Source: a bacterium
Lineage (GTDB): Bacteria > UBA8248
Direction of reading: 5' to 3'
Length of the DNA stretch: 64,000 nucleotides
Assembly (NCBI GenBank): GCA_965199855.1
Contig: OZ241326.1
Location: 64,001-128,000 of the forward strand
The translations under genes were made by a program, and so were the position numbers. The notes beneath the pieces were generated by a model. The model did not search any database. It saw only the letters and a program-made list of their open reading frames with translations, and was not told the DNA's origin. Every line of letters starts with the position of its first letter. The first letter of the stretch is position 1. Positions 18,847-28,384 of the stretch are shown here, one piece after another.

Positions 18847-19084
18847 GTCGTATCCTCCCTTTGATGGCCATCGCCTCCCCGGCCACGTTCCGGGAAGGCT
18901 CCAAACCGGTCAACCAAGAGGCCATGAGACGGCCCTACGGGCGAACGCCCGGATTCTAGCAAGCCCCGCGCCGGGGAGTCAAGAAAATCGTTTCAAGCGA
19001 CCTGCCGCGCCCCGCCGGCGCCTAGCACCGGAAGCTCATACCGCCAGTCGTCCTTCGGCGCCAGATGGCCAGATGCTTCCAAGG

Positions 19085-19406
19085 CTACTCTCGGCTTCCC
19101 CCTTCCCCTGCGCCGCCTTGTTCCTTTCGGGCCCGTTCGCTGACATGGGCGATATTCCTCGCGTTCGACGCCGGGGCCACCGGCTCAGCCGCAACAACGG
19201 ATGGCTTTTCCCGCCGCGTTTCCCTTCCTTCCGTAATGAGAACATGAATCAGCGCAGCGGGCCAAAGGAAAAGGCCGCAGAGAAGCCATCCAGATATCTC
19301 TCCTCCCCCGTATCCCTTTGCTTGGGCGATACAAGGAACAACAATCGTCCCGACCACCAGAGCGATTACCACGACCAGCGCGATCAACGAGTGTTGAGGG
19401 TTCCAT
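19085..19406 (-). pseudogene. Small membrane protein, apparently frameshifted
   Basis: ATG at 19406 (MEPSTL) is out of frame with the hydrophobic LIALVVVIALVVG...IAQAKGY...GWLLCGLFLWPAALI; lower GC. Confidence 0.4.
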
Positions 19407-19445
19407 GTTTTCCCCCTGGACAAAGGTCGAAGTCGCGCCGCGCGC

Positions 19446-20186
19446 CTAATGGGGCATGTGGGCGGGGTTCCAGAACTCGCCCGTGCGAATCGTGTGCGCC
19501 TGCCGATCTCCGTGCGGATGCCAGCCACCCTCGTTTTTCCGCGCCTGCTCCTCGAAGTCATACTCGACCCGGTGAATCTCTCCGTCCCATTTCCCGCCGC
19601 CCTGATATTCGAGCAGGACGTAGGCGGGGCGATTGTCCCCGTCCCAGTTCACGGCGGCGGACGCGGCGCACACGAGGGTCTGGCCGCCCACCTCCCGGAC
19701 GTAGGGGCCGTGCACCTGCCCGAAGGCCACGATCTCGGACTTCTCACCCGCCAGGCGCTCGAGAATCTCCTCGTCGCTCAGACGAAGCGGAAGCACCCCC
19801 TCGTCGTCGCCCGGCGCGCCGTGGAAGACGCGCAGATCGTGGCCGGGCTCGGGCGTGATCGTCAGCTCCCGGGGCAGGCCCCTCAGCCAGTCGAGCTGCT
19901 CATGCGTCAGACGCTCGCGCGTGAGGCGGGCGCTCTCGTTTCTGCCGGGAAAGGGGTTCTCCCGCTCATCGACGTGATCGATGACCCAGCGATCGAAATT
20001 TCCCAGGATGGGCAGGCAGTTTTTCCGGGAGCGGAGGCGCTCGACCACCTCGCCCGGCTCCGGCCCGCCCATGACGTGATCCCCGGGCGCAATCTCCCAG
20101 TGCGCCTCATGCTTGTCGATTTCCGCCAAAACGGCGTCCAGCGGAGCGAGTTGGGCGTGAATGTCGGAATAAAGCGCCAGTTTCAT
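19446..20186 (-). CDS. Metallophosphoesterase (YfcE/calcineurin-like)
   Basis: SDIHA, GDHV, GNFD and FHGAP motifs. Confidence 0.88.
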   Translation of the reverse strand: MKLALYSDIHAQLAPLDAVLAEIDKHEAHWEIAPGDHVMGGPEPGEVVERLRSRKNCLPILGNFDRWVIDHVDERENPFPGRNESARLTRERLTHEQLDWLRGLPRELTITPEPGHDLRVFHGAPGDDEGVLPLRLSDEEILERLAGEKSEIVAFGQVHGPYVREVGGQTLVCAASAAVNWDGDNRPAYVLLEYQGGGKWDGEIHRVEYDFEEQARKNEGGWHPHGDRQAHTIRTGEFWNPAHMPH

Positions 20187-20188
20187 CG

Positions 20189-21577
20189 TCAGCCTCCATG
20201 ATTGGCGGGTTTCGGGCGTCCATCATCCGGGGACGCTTCGCGTCGGTTCAGGAGCCTTCGCCCCGATTCCGCGAGCGCCTCCATTTTCTCCCGCAGACGG
20301 GGATAGCGCAGCGCGCCCCCCTTCTTCACGACTTCCCCCGCCACGAAAACCGCGTCTACGTTGGCGAAGGACGCCTGAAAGACGACCGTCTCCAGCGCGT
20401 CGTGCGCGGGAAAGAGGTTCAGATCGGTCTTGCGGAGCAGGATGACGTCCGCCTGCTTGCCCGGCGTGAGCGACCCCGTCCTCTCCCCCAGCCCCAGGGC
20501 GCGCGCGCCGTCTATGGTCGCCCACTCCAGGGCGCGCCGCGCGGAGACGGCGACCCGCGCCGGGGAGGTTCGCCCGTCCAGGGTCTTCTGGTTCTCCCGG
20601 GCGCGGGCGAACTGAAGCCCCATCCGCATCATGGTGAACACGTCGCCGCTGATGTTCGACTCCACGTCAATCCCCAGCGTCGGCCTGCCGCCCAGCACCA
20701 GAACGCGCGCGATGACGGGCTCGCCGTGGCCCATCTGCATCTCCACTTCGGGGCAGGATGTGATCGAGCAGCCCGAGTCGACGAGGATCCCCAACTCCTC
20801 CCCGCTCAGCTGGTTCGCGTGCACGGCGTTGAAGTCGGGCCCCAGAAGCCCCTCGCGCGCGAGCCGGCGGATTCCGTCCGGCGTCTCCCGCTGGAAGCCG
20901 CCGCCCACGTGCGCGCTCCACAGCAGGCCGTGCTCCCGCGCGAGGCGGGCGTCTTGGACGCACACGTCAAGCGCCGAAAGGTCGGGCCCGCGCGCCGCCA
21001 TCGCCAGGGTGATGAGGCTCTCCTCCGAGGCGAGGCGCCCCTTCCGCAGACGCGCGATCTCCCCGGGAGGGTGCGGCCGCCGGCTGAGCGGCGGCTCGCC
21101 CTCCGCAATCCTGGGCTTGGGCGTTCCATGCCCGAACACCGCGCGGATGCCCGCCTCCGCCAGCCCGTCGATCCCCGCGTCGGTATGGTCGGGCGTGGGG
21201 TTGTTGTGGCACCAGTCGAAGAGCGTCGTGGCGCCGCAGGCGAGCTGGTTTAGTGCGCCGACCAGGTTCGCCAGATACACGTCCTCCGGCCGGAACCGGG
21301 GGCCGAACCCCTCGTGCACGTTCCGGAGGTACTCCGCCAGCGACCAGTCCCCCGCGATTCCGCGAACCCCCGTCTGCCAGGTGTGCTGGTGGGCGTTCAC
21401 CAGCCCCGGCATGACGATGAAGTCCCGCGCGTCCACCCGCTCGGCGTCGGGAGCGCGGACGCCGCGGCCGACCTCCCTGATCACGTCGTCCTCGATGAGC
21501 ACGTCGCCGTTCGGGATATCCCCGAGCGCGGGATCGAGGGTGAGAACGTCGCCTCCCTGCAGGAGCGTTCGCCGCAC
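20189..21577 (-). CDS. Amidohydrolase (Atz/Trz/SsnA-like deaminase)
   Basis: GTG at 21577; PGLVNAHQH, WSAHVG, LGID and GSLTPGKQAD motifs. Confidence 0.88.
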   Translation of the reverse strand: MRRTLLQGGDVLTLDPALGDIPNGDVLIEDDVIREVGRGVRAPDAERVDARDFIVMPGLVNAHQHTWQTGVRGIAGDWSLAEYLRNVHEGFGPRFRPEDVYLANLVGALNQLACGATTLFDWCHNNPTPDHTDAGIDGLAEAGIRAVFGHGTPKPRIAEGEPPLSRRPHPPGEIARLRKGRLASEESLITLAMAARGPDLSALDVCVQDARLAREHGLLWSAHVGGGFQRETPDGIRRLAREGLLGPDFNAVHANQLSGEELGILVDSGCSITSCPEVEMQMGHGEPVIARVLVLGGRPTLGIDVESNISGDVFTMMRMGLQFARARENQKTLDGRTSPARVAVSARRALEWATIDGARALGLGERTGSLTPGKQADVILLRKTDLNLFPAHDALETVVFQASFANVDAVFVAGEVVKKGGALRYPRLREKMEALAESGRRLLNRREASPDDGRPKPANHGG

Positions 21578-22686
21578 TAGAGGGCGCCTCCCTCGGGCGG
21601 GGCGAATTCCCGGAGCGCCTCCTCCTTCCATTCCACCCCGAGCCCGGGTCTGTCGGAAAGAATCAGATTCCCGTCCCTGAGCTCCATCGGCTCCTCGATG
21701 ACGGCCTCCCACCAGGGCATGTACTCGCACCAGACGCCGTGCGGCTCCGCGCTCAGAAGATGCGCCGAGACCTCGTGGAACAGATGCGGGGTCACCGGCT
21801 TTCCGAACTCCTTCGCCAGCGCGGCCGCGCGGCGCCACCCGGTGACGCCGGAGCAGCGCTCGAGGTCCGGCATTAGGACGTCGGCCGCCCCCGCCTCGAG
21901 CAGCTGGCGCATCCCCCGGGGGTTGTAGTTCGTCTCCCCGGTGCAGATGGGGATGGCGCTGGCGGCGGCGACCTCCGCGCAGCCCTGAATATCCTCGTGA
22001 TCGACCGGCTCCTCCACCCAGCGAAGGCCGAAAGGCTCGAACGCCCGGCACGCCCGCTTGGCGGTCTCCACGTCCCACGCCTGGTTGGCGTCCACCATGA
22101 GCGCGACCTCGGGGCCTATCGCCGCGCGCACGGCGCGAATCCGCTCGACGTCCTCCTCCACGCGCCCGCCCACGCGGAGCTTCATCGCCCTGAAGCCGCG
22201 CGCCTTGAGCGAGGCGGCCTCCTCCTCGAGCTCCGCCGTCGTCAGGTTGAGCCAGAGACCCTCGCTCGCGTAGCAGGGAATCTCCCGCCTCTCGCCGCCG
22301 AGGAACCTCCAGAGCGGCTCGCCCGCCGCGCGGGCGGCCAGGTCCCAGCACGCGGTGTCCAGGGCGGACATGGCCAGCGCGCTCACGCCGTCTCGCCCCA
22401 CGAAGCTCGCCGCCTTGCGCATCGCCTCCCAGTTCGCGTCGGTCTCCGTCGGGTCCCTGCCCAGCAGGTTGGCGAACAAATCCCGCGCCATGGCCAGCAT
22501 CGCCCGCGCGCGCTCCGGCCCGAAGGCGAAGCACCAGCCGCGGCCCTTGAGCCCCTCCTTCGTCCGCAGGGTGACGCAGCAGGTATCGACGGCGCGCGCC
22601 TCGAAGGCGCCCACCCGGAGCGGCCGGGGCAGCGGCAAGCTCACGTGCGCCGGCGTCATGCCGATGATGGTCCTGGAAGAGGGCAG
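21577..22686 (-). CDS. Mandelate racemase/muconate lactonizing enzyme family protein
   Basis: ALDTACWDL, KLRVG, MVDANQ, WVEEP, GET and PHLF motifs. The start is either ATG 22659 or CTG 22686 (after AGGGAGG). Confidence 0.88.
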   Translation of the reverse strand: MPSSRTIIGMTPAHVSLPLPRPLRVGAFEARAVDTCCVTLRTKEGLKGRGWCFAFGPERARAMLAMARDLFANLLGRDPTETDANWEAMRKAASFVGRDGVSALAMSALDTACWDLAARAAGEPLWRFLGGERREIPCYASEGLWLNLTTAELEEEAASLKARGFRAMKLRVGGRVEEDVERIRAVRAAIGPEVALMVDANQAWDVETAKRACRAFEPFGLRWVEEPVDHEDIQGCAEVAAASAIPICTGETNYNPRGMRQLLEAGAADVLMPDLERCSGVTGWRRAAALAKEFGKPVTPHLFHEVSAHLLSAEPHGVWCEYMPWWEAVIEEPMELRDGNLILSDRPGLGVEWKEEALREFAPPEGGAL

Positions 22687-22815
22687 CGCGAGCCTCCCTG
22701 GCGGCCGGGCGGGCCTTCATCGTCCTGGCCCGGAAGATTACCCCGTTCGTCCCCGAATGGCTATAATCTCGCGGACGACTGCCTTCGGAAGCGAAGCCGG
22801 GGAGCGAAGCCGCCC

Positions 22816-23736
22816 ATGTCCGCCATCCGCCTTCAGAAGATCATCGCCCGGGCGGGCCTCGCCTCGCGCCGGGAGGCGGAGCGCCTGATTCTGGAGGGCC
22901 GCGTCCGGGTGAACGGGGAGCGCGTCGCCGCCCTCGGCGCCAGGGCCGACCCGCTCGCCGACGCCGTCAAGGTGGACGGGAAGCTCATCACGAGAAAGGA
23001 GCCGCCCGTCTATCTCGCGCTCAACAAGCCCAGGGGCGTGCTCACCACCATGCGGGACGAGGAGGGCAGGGACAGGCCGGCGGTGGCGGATTTGCTGCCC
23101 CGGGGACTCAGGCGCGTCTTCCCCGTCGGCAGGCTCGACTTCGACGTGGAGGGAGTGCTGCTGCTCACCAACGACGGCGAGATGGCGCACCGCCTCGCCC
23201 ATCCGCGATACGCGATCCCCCGCGTCTATGATGCGAAGGTGAAGGGGACGCCCTCCGGGGAAGCCCTCGCGCGCATGGCGGACGGCTCCTGGGCGCGCGG
23301 GCGCGGCGAGAGGCCGCAGGCGGCGCGGGCGCGGATTCTCCGGGGCAGGACGGAGAAGAACGCATGGCTCCGAATCGAACTGCGGGAGGGAAGACGGCAT
23401 CAGGTCAAGAACATGTGCGAGGCCGTGGGGCATCCCGTCCTCAGGCTGATCCGGCGCGCCTACGGAGGAATCACGGCGCGCGGCCTTCCCGGCGCCCGTG
23501 TCCGGACGCTCACGGGCGAGGAGGTCGAAAGGCTGAAGGAGATGACGAAGCTCCGCCCGCCCGCGGCGAAGCGCCCGGCCTCGAAGGCGGGCTGGGCCAG
23601 GGCCGCAAAGCGCCCGAAGCGCCGCGGCGCGCGGGAGGCGAACCCCCGGGGTAAAAGCGCGGACGCCGAAAGCCGGCCGCCGCGGGAGCGAGGCCGCCCC
23701 GGAGGCGCGGGCGGCCCGGAAGGGCGCGCGCGATGA
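22816..23736 (+). CDS. rluB: 23S rRNA pseudouridine synthase (RluB/RsuA family)
   Basis: IRLQKIIARAGLASRREAE S4 domain; PVGRLDFDVEG catalytic motif; EGRRHQVK. Confidence 0.9.
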   Translation: MSAIRLQKIIARAGLASRREAERLILEGRVRVNGERVAALGARADPLADAVKVDGKLITRKEPPVYLALNKPRGVLTTMRDEEGRDRPAVADLLPRGLRRVFPVGRLDFDVEGVLLLTNDGEMAHRLAHPRYAIPRVYDAKVKGTPSGEALARMADGSWARGRGERPQAARARILRGRTEKNAWLRIELREGRRHQVKNMCEAVGHPVLRLIRRAYGGITARGLPGARVRTLTGEEVERLKEMTKLRPPAAKRPASKAGWARAAKRPKRRGAREANPRGKSADAESRPPRERGRPGGAGGPEGRAR

Positions 23737-23794
23737 ACGGAGCGGACGCGGGGAAACGCCGCGAGGCTTTCTGTGGTATGATGCCGAACCACGC

Positions 23795-24430
23795 ATGGCG
23801 ACAAACGCAGGGGCCGCATCGACGATGAGCGCATCAGCCTCGAACAGACTGACGCTGGCGACCAAGATCACCCTGGCGCGCGTGCTCCTCATCCCCGTTT
23901 TCCTGATCTGTCTCGCCTACAGGAGGCCGGGCGCTGCCTTGGCCGCGTTCATCGCCGCGTGCGTGGCGGACGGCGTGGACGGCCACATCGCGCGCAGGCG
24001 CGGCGAGATGACGGAGCTGGGCGCCATTCTCGACCCCATCGCGGACAAGCTGCTCATGTTCGCCGCGTATATGATGATGGGGATTTCGGGGCACATCCCC
24101 CCCTGGCTGGCCATCGCCGTGGTGAGCCGGGATCTCCTGCTCTGCATCGGCTGCCTGGCGCTGTTCATGACGGTGGGCTTTCAGACGCCCTCGCCTTCCC
24201 TGCTGGGCAAGGCCGCCACGACCGTCCAGATGATCGCGGCGGGCGCCGCCCTGCTGGCGGCTGCGCTGGAGGCGGACGGGAACGCGGCGATGCTCTCCGT
24301 GTTCCTGCTCGCCTGCGCGCTGACGGTCGCCTCGGGCGCCCATTATCTCTTCTTCGTGGGCGCGCGGATGATCTCCCAGAAGCCGGAGGGCGGCGAAGCC
24401 GGAAAATCCACCCCCACGGCCCGAATCTGA
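23795..24430 (+). CDS. CDP-alcohol phosphatidyltransferase (PgsA-like)
   Basis: DGVDGHIARRRGEMTELGAILDPIADK signature. Confidence 0.9.
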   Translation: MATNAGAASTMSASASNRLTLATKITLARVLLIPVFLICLAYRRPGAALAAFIAACVADGVDGHIARRRGEMTELGAILDPIADKLLMFAAYMMMGISGHIPPWLAIAVVSRDLLLCIGCLALFMTVGFQTPSPSLLGKAATTVQMIAAGAALLAAALEADGNAAMLSVFLLACALTVASGAHYLFFVGARMISQKPEGGEAGKSTPTARI

Positions 24431-24446
24431 CGCGAGGCGAAAGAAC

Positions 24447-25505
24447 ATGGACAATCCGCCTCAAATCCTCACCTGGAAGCGCATCTGGCTCATCCTCATC
24501 CTCGTCGGCGCCCTCTGGCTCCTGTCGAGCGCGCGCGCCGCCCTGGTTCCCCTGGCGGTCTCCTTCATCCTCGCCTACGCGCTCGAGCCCCTCGTCGAGA
24601 CGCTGGAGACCTGGAAAATCCCGCGCCCCCTCGCCGTCCTGCTTCTTCTGCTGGGGCTGGGCGTGCTGCTGTTCGTTCTGTGGGCGAGCATCGCCCCCGT
24701 CGTGCAGGAGCAGCTCGCCGCGTTCGCCAGAAAACTCCCCGGCTATCTGCGCGTCGTCGAAACGTGGCTCATCTCCACGCTCGACGGATTCCAGATAGCC
24801 GCCGCCTCCGAGCTCAAGAAATACCTCGCGGAGAACCTCTCCGTCCTGGCGCAAATCCCGCTCTCCGCCCTGAGAACGGGCGGCTCGTTCCTGCTGAGGA
24901 CGACGAGCGGCCTCTTCTCCATCGCCCTGGGGCTGGTCTATCTCGTCCTCATTCCCGTCATGACCTTCTACATCCTGCGGGATCGCGGCCAGATATCCGA
25001 GGCGTTCTTCTCCTACGTTCACCGCGACTACCGCGAGGAGGTGGAAAAGAGGATTTTCAGGCTCGACGAGCTGCTGGGCGCGTTCATCAAGGGCCAGCTG
25101 CTCATCGCCCTCATCCTCTCCGCCCTCTACGTGCTGGGCTTCTTCCTCGTGGACGCCCCGCTCTGGCTGGTGCTGGGCATCTTCACGGGCCTCTCCAGCA
25201 TGTTCCCCTACGTGGAGTGGATCGTGGCGCTGCCGATCGTCCTCCTGCTCTCGGCGATCGCCCACCAGGACTGGATCCACCCCGTGGCGACGCTCGCCGT
25301 GTTCGGCGTCATCTCGCCCGTGGCGGGCGCGTTCCTCGTGCCGCGCGTCCTGGGCGACCGCATCGGGCTTCACCCGGTGGTGGTGATCGTCTCCATCATG
25401 ATCGGGGGGGAGCTCATGGGCTTCGCGGGGATTCTCCTGGCCGTTCCCTTCGCGGCGAGCGCCAAGGTGGGCCTGGAGGCGGTGTATGACTACTACCTGA
25501 AGTGA
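24447..25505 (+). CDS. AI-2E (PerM) family transporter
   Basis: LAYALEPLV, FIKGQLL and PRVLGDRIGLHP...GILLAVP motifs. Confidence 0.92.
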   Translation: MDNPPQILTWKRIWLILILVGALWLLSSARAALVPLAVSFILAYALEPLVETLETWKIPRPLAVLLLLLGLGVLLFVLWASIAPVVQEQLAAFARKLPGYLRVVETWLISTLDGFQIAAASELKKYLAENLSVLAQIPLSALRTGGSFLLRTTSGLFSIALGLVYLVLIPVMTFYILRDRGQISEAFFSYVHRDYREEVEKRIFRLDELLGAFIKGQLLIALILSALYVLGFFLVDAPLWLVLGIFTGLSSMFPYVEWIVALPIVLLLSAIAHQDWIHPVATLAVFGVISPVAGAFLVPRVLGDRIGLHPVVVIVSIMIGGELMGFAGILLAVPFAASAKVGLEAVYDYYLK

Positions 25506-25638
25506 GCGCCTCGCCCGCGGCGTTCCCTGAAGGATCGGCGCGCGGCGGCGGCTACGCCGGGACTTCCGTCTGCAGCCTGCAACGAGTCGGCGAATCGCTG
25601 AAAGGATATGGAGAAACGCGACGCTCGAATTTCGCCGC

Positions 25639-26655
25639 TCAATCTCCCCATTCCCGCTCGGCCCATCTCAAAATTTTGTTTTCCCGCCGTTCAATGGCTT
25701 TTAGCCCCCACTTCTGCTTCGTCGAAGCCACCTCCCAAGCCGTGCGAAGCCCGGTATCACGATACGCGCTGAACTTCTTCTCCGGAGGCTTGTCTTTCAA
25801 ACTGGAATTCAAGCCCGGAGGCAAGAGCATGAGGTTGCCGAGGCGGTGGACATTGTAGGCGGATGGCTCGCTTTGCGGAGTGATGTGTTCGATGGACATC
25901 TCCTCCCGCCATATTTTCTCCCGGTGATCATCGGCAATCCTTTCGCCCGCCTCTTCCGCCTCTTTTGTCAGGTGTTCTTCATACCGACGCATGATATACT
26001 TTAATCCCTCGTCCCAATTCGTATAACAATCCACATCTCGCAGATTTTTCACGACGGCTTCAACAGGATAGTCCCTTCCAATCTCTCTAATCCTCGACTG
26101 AATGTCCTTAACGGGAAATGTTTTTTTGTTTATTACATCCCGCGCAAGTCTGATATAGGCATCCACCGCAGTTCGCGGCTTTATCTCCTTACCGTATATT
26201 CTCATACCGTATATTCTGAAAGAAACTTTCTCCCAGCAGGCCAACAAGTCTTGTCGCTCCTTATCGCTCATATCTTCTCTGACCCTTATAGCGACGCCCA
26301 ACGCAAGCACCTGCTCATTCCCGATAACTGCTTTCAGCCTGGGATCTGAACACATTGATTGGCAGGCTTTCGCGACCTTCAGAAGCCATTGGGAAACTTT
26401 CCTGATGTTAGCTGGATCATCTGCGCGCTTCCCTAATATCTCGACAGCTTCTTTCTCATCCAAAGGTTGAGATTTTCCGTAGGAATCATAGAGCGTCGCG
26501 GCAAATCGCCAAGCCTCAGCGCGCCGAATCTCCCCCGGGAACCGGGAGATATCATAGAGCGTCGCGGCAAAACACAAGGCGCCAGCGCTTAATCCCTGAT
26601 CCAGTCCAACCTCTTTGCAGATATCACGGCAAACGTTATGGAGTTCTCTCATCAA
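25639..26655 (-). CDS. DUF1524 / GmrSD C-terminal HNH-domain protein lacking DUF262 (probably a fragment)
   Basis: SIEHITPQ...HRLGNLMLLPPGLNSSLKDK; low GC; no DGQQR motif. Confidence 0.7.
   Translation of the reverse strand: MMRELHNVCRDICKEVGLDQGLSAGALCFAATLYDISRFPGEIRRAEAWRFAATLYDSYGKSQPLDEKEAVEILGKRADDPANIRKVSQWLLKVAKACQSMCSDPRLKAVIGNEQVLALGVAIRVREDMSDKERQDLLACWEKVSFRIYGMRIYGKEIKPRTAVDAYIRLARDVINKKTFPVKDIQSRIREIGRDYPVEAVVKNLRDVDCYTNWDEGLKYIMRRYEEHLTKEAEEAGERIADDHREKIWREEMSIEHITPQSEPSAYNVHRLGNLMLLPPGLNSSLKDKPPEKKFSAYRDTGLRTAWEVASTKQKWGLKAIERRENKILRWAEREWGD
26485..26571. repeat. 21-bp direct repeat (ATCATAGAGCGTCGCGGCAAA) 66 bp apart
   Basis: Copies at 26485-26505 and 26551-26571; they encode the duplicated FAATLYD. 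Confidence 0.85.
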
Positions 26656-26725
26656 AAATCACCATCGGTTGCGCGCTATCGCAAGACACGCAGAAAACCA
26701 ACGGGCATTTCGCCCCGCCACCCCT

Positions 26726-27250
26726 CTACGCCGGCACCTCCACCTCCCGATCCGCCGCGCGCGCCATCAGGAAGAGAAGGTCGGAGAGGCGGTTCAGGTA
26801 GATGAGCAGGTCGGGGTTGTCGATGTAGCCCTCGTCCCGCAGGCGCACCGCGCGCCTCTCGCCCCGGCGGAGGATGGTGAGCGCCAGGTCCAGGGCGGCG
26901 CCGCAGGCGGAATCGCCCGAGATCACCCAGTCGGTTACGCGAATCCGCTCCTCGTAGCGCGCCACCTGCGCGTCGGCCCACGCCGCGTGGGAGGCGTCCA
27001 CGCGCTCCCTGAGCCTGCCCGCCTTGCCCCGGAGCGTCGCCAGGTCGCTGCTGGCGAGGTAGAGATCCTTCTGGATTTTGAGAATCTCGGGCGCGAGCCA
27101 CGCGGGCGCCGCCGCGCGGGCGAGGCCGAGCGCCGCCTTCGCCTCGTCCAGCGCGCCGCAGGCCTCGACCTGGGGGTGGTGCTTGGGTACCCTGTCCGCG
27201 AACCACAAATCGGTGCCGCCGTCGTCTCCCCGCCTGGTGACGATGGACAT
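26726..27250 (-). CDS. pduO: ATP:cob(I)alamin adenosyltransferase (PduO type)
   Basis: MSIVTRRGDDGGT, GALDEA, RRGERR and YLNRLSDLLFLMAR motifs. Confidence 0.9.
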   Translation of the reverse strand: MSIVTRRGDDGGTDLWFADRVPKHHPQVEACGALDEAKAALGLARAAAPAWLAPEILKIQKDLYLASSDLATLRGKAGRLRERVDASHAAWADAQVARYEERIRVTDWVISGDSACGAALDLALTILRRGERRAVRLRDEGYIDNPDLLIYLNRLSDLLFLMARAADREVEVPA

Positions 27251-27282
27251 CGAAGCCCTCCCCCTCGGGCCGGAGCCTCCCG

Positions 27283-28344
27283 CTAGAGTCTCCTGATGAC
27301 GTCGGAGGCCGCGGATCTCGTCGTGCCGGTTCCGCCCAGGTCGACCGTCCGGTTCCCTTCCGCCAGATGCTCCCGAATCGCCCCGTCGAGCCTTTTGGCG
27401 GCCTTCTCCTCGCCCAGGTAGTCGAGCATCAGGGCGGCGGAGAACAGCGCGGCCACCGGGTTGGCGATTCCCTTGCCCATGATGTCGGGCGCCGAGCCGT
27501 GCACGGGCTCGAACAGGCCGGGCGCCTCCCCCTTCGGGTTCGTGTTCGCGCTGGCGGCGACGCCCAGCCCGCCGACGATGGCCGCGCCCAGATCCGTGAG
27601 GATGTCCCCGAAGAGGTTGGTGGACACCACCACGTCGAAGCGCTCGGGCCGCCGCACGAACTCGAGGGCGGCGGCGTCCACGAGGTATTTCGCCGTCTTC
27701 ACGCCCCGGTAGCGCGGCCGCGCGGCCACCTCCTCGAAAATCTCGTCCCACATCACCAGCGTGTGGCCCTGCGCGTTCGACTTCGTGACGTTGGTCACGC
27801 GCTTCCTGCGCCCGAGCGACGCCTCGAACGCCGCCTCGATGATCCGCTCGCAGCCCCCGCGCGTGAAGAGCGCGATCTGCGCGGCGAGCTCCTGGGGATG
27901 CCCCTCGTAGTGCCTGCCGCCGACGGGGCTGTATTCCCCCTCGGTGTTCTCGCGGAAGAAGAGCATGTCGATGTCCCCCGCCCCGTAGCCCCGAAGCGGC
28001 GACTCCAGCCCCTCGTAGAGAACGATGGGGCGCATGTTGACGTACAGGTCGAACCCCCTGCGGATCGGGAGCAGGAGCTGGCTGAGGGTGACGTGGTCGG
28101 GGATGTCCGGCCGGCCCACGGCGCCCAGCAGAATGGCGTCGTGGCGGCGGACGCGCTCGAGGAAGTTCTCCGGGCACATGCGGCCCGTCGCGTGGTAGAA
28201 GTCGCTCCCCCAGGGGTATTTCGAGAAGGAGAACTCCAGGCCGCGCTGGGACTTCGCCAGCGCCCGCAGGACGCGCGCCGCCTGGCCGAGGACTTCGGGG
28301 CCGATTCCGTCCGCCGGAATCAGCCCGACGCTGTGCTTCGCCAT
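27283..28344 (-). CDS. Tartrate/D-malate dehydrogenase (isocitrate/isopropylmalate dehydrogenase family)
   Basis: DGIGPEV, RENTEGEY, TKSNAQ, NLFGDILTD and FEPVHGSAPDI motifs. Confidence 0.9.
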   Translation of the reverse strand: MAKHSVGLIPADGIGPEVLGQAARVLRALAKSQRGLEFSFSKYPWGSDFYHATGRMCPENFLERVRRHDAILLGAVGRPDIPDHVTLSQLLLPIRRGFDLYVNMRPIVLYEGLESPLRGYGAGDIDMLFFRENTEGEYSPVGGRHYEGHPQELAAQIALFTRGGCERIIEAAFEASLGRRKRVTNVTKSNAQGHTLVMWDEIFEEVAARPRYRGVKTAKYLVDAAALEFVRRPERFDVVVSTNLFGDILTDLGAAIVGGLGVAASANTNPKGEAPGLFEPVHGSAPDIMGKGIANPVAALFSAALMLDYLGEEKAAKRLDGAIREHLAEGNRTVDLGGTGTTRSAASDVIRRL

Positions 28345-28384
28345 CGCTTCTCCTTCACGCTCCCGCCCGCCGGGCCGGGAAGGG

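Noticed and set aside
20189-22720. 843-aa fusion ORF, and similar long ORFs at 9866-12412, 49418-52414, 48429-50198, 26726-28177 and 44057-45604
   Set aside because: Their N-terminal parts are Arg/Gly/Pro-rich off-frame translations of neighbouring genes in high-GC DNA; only the C-terminal parts are real genes.
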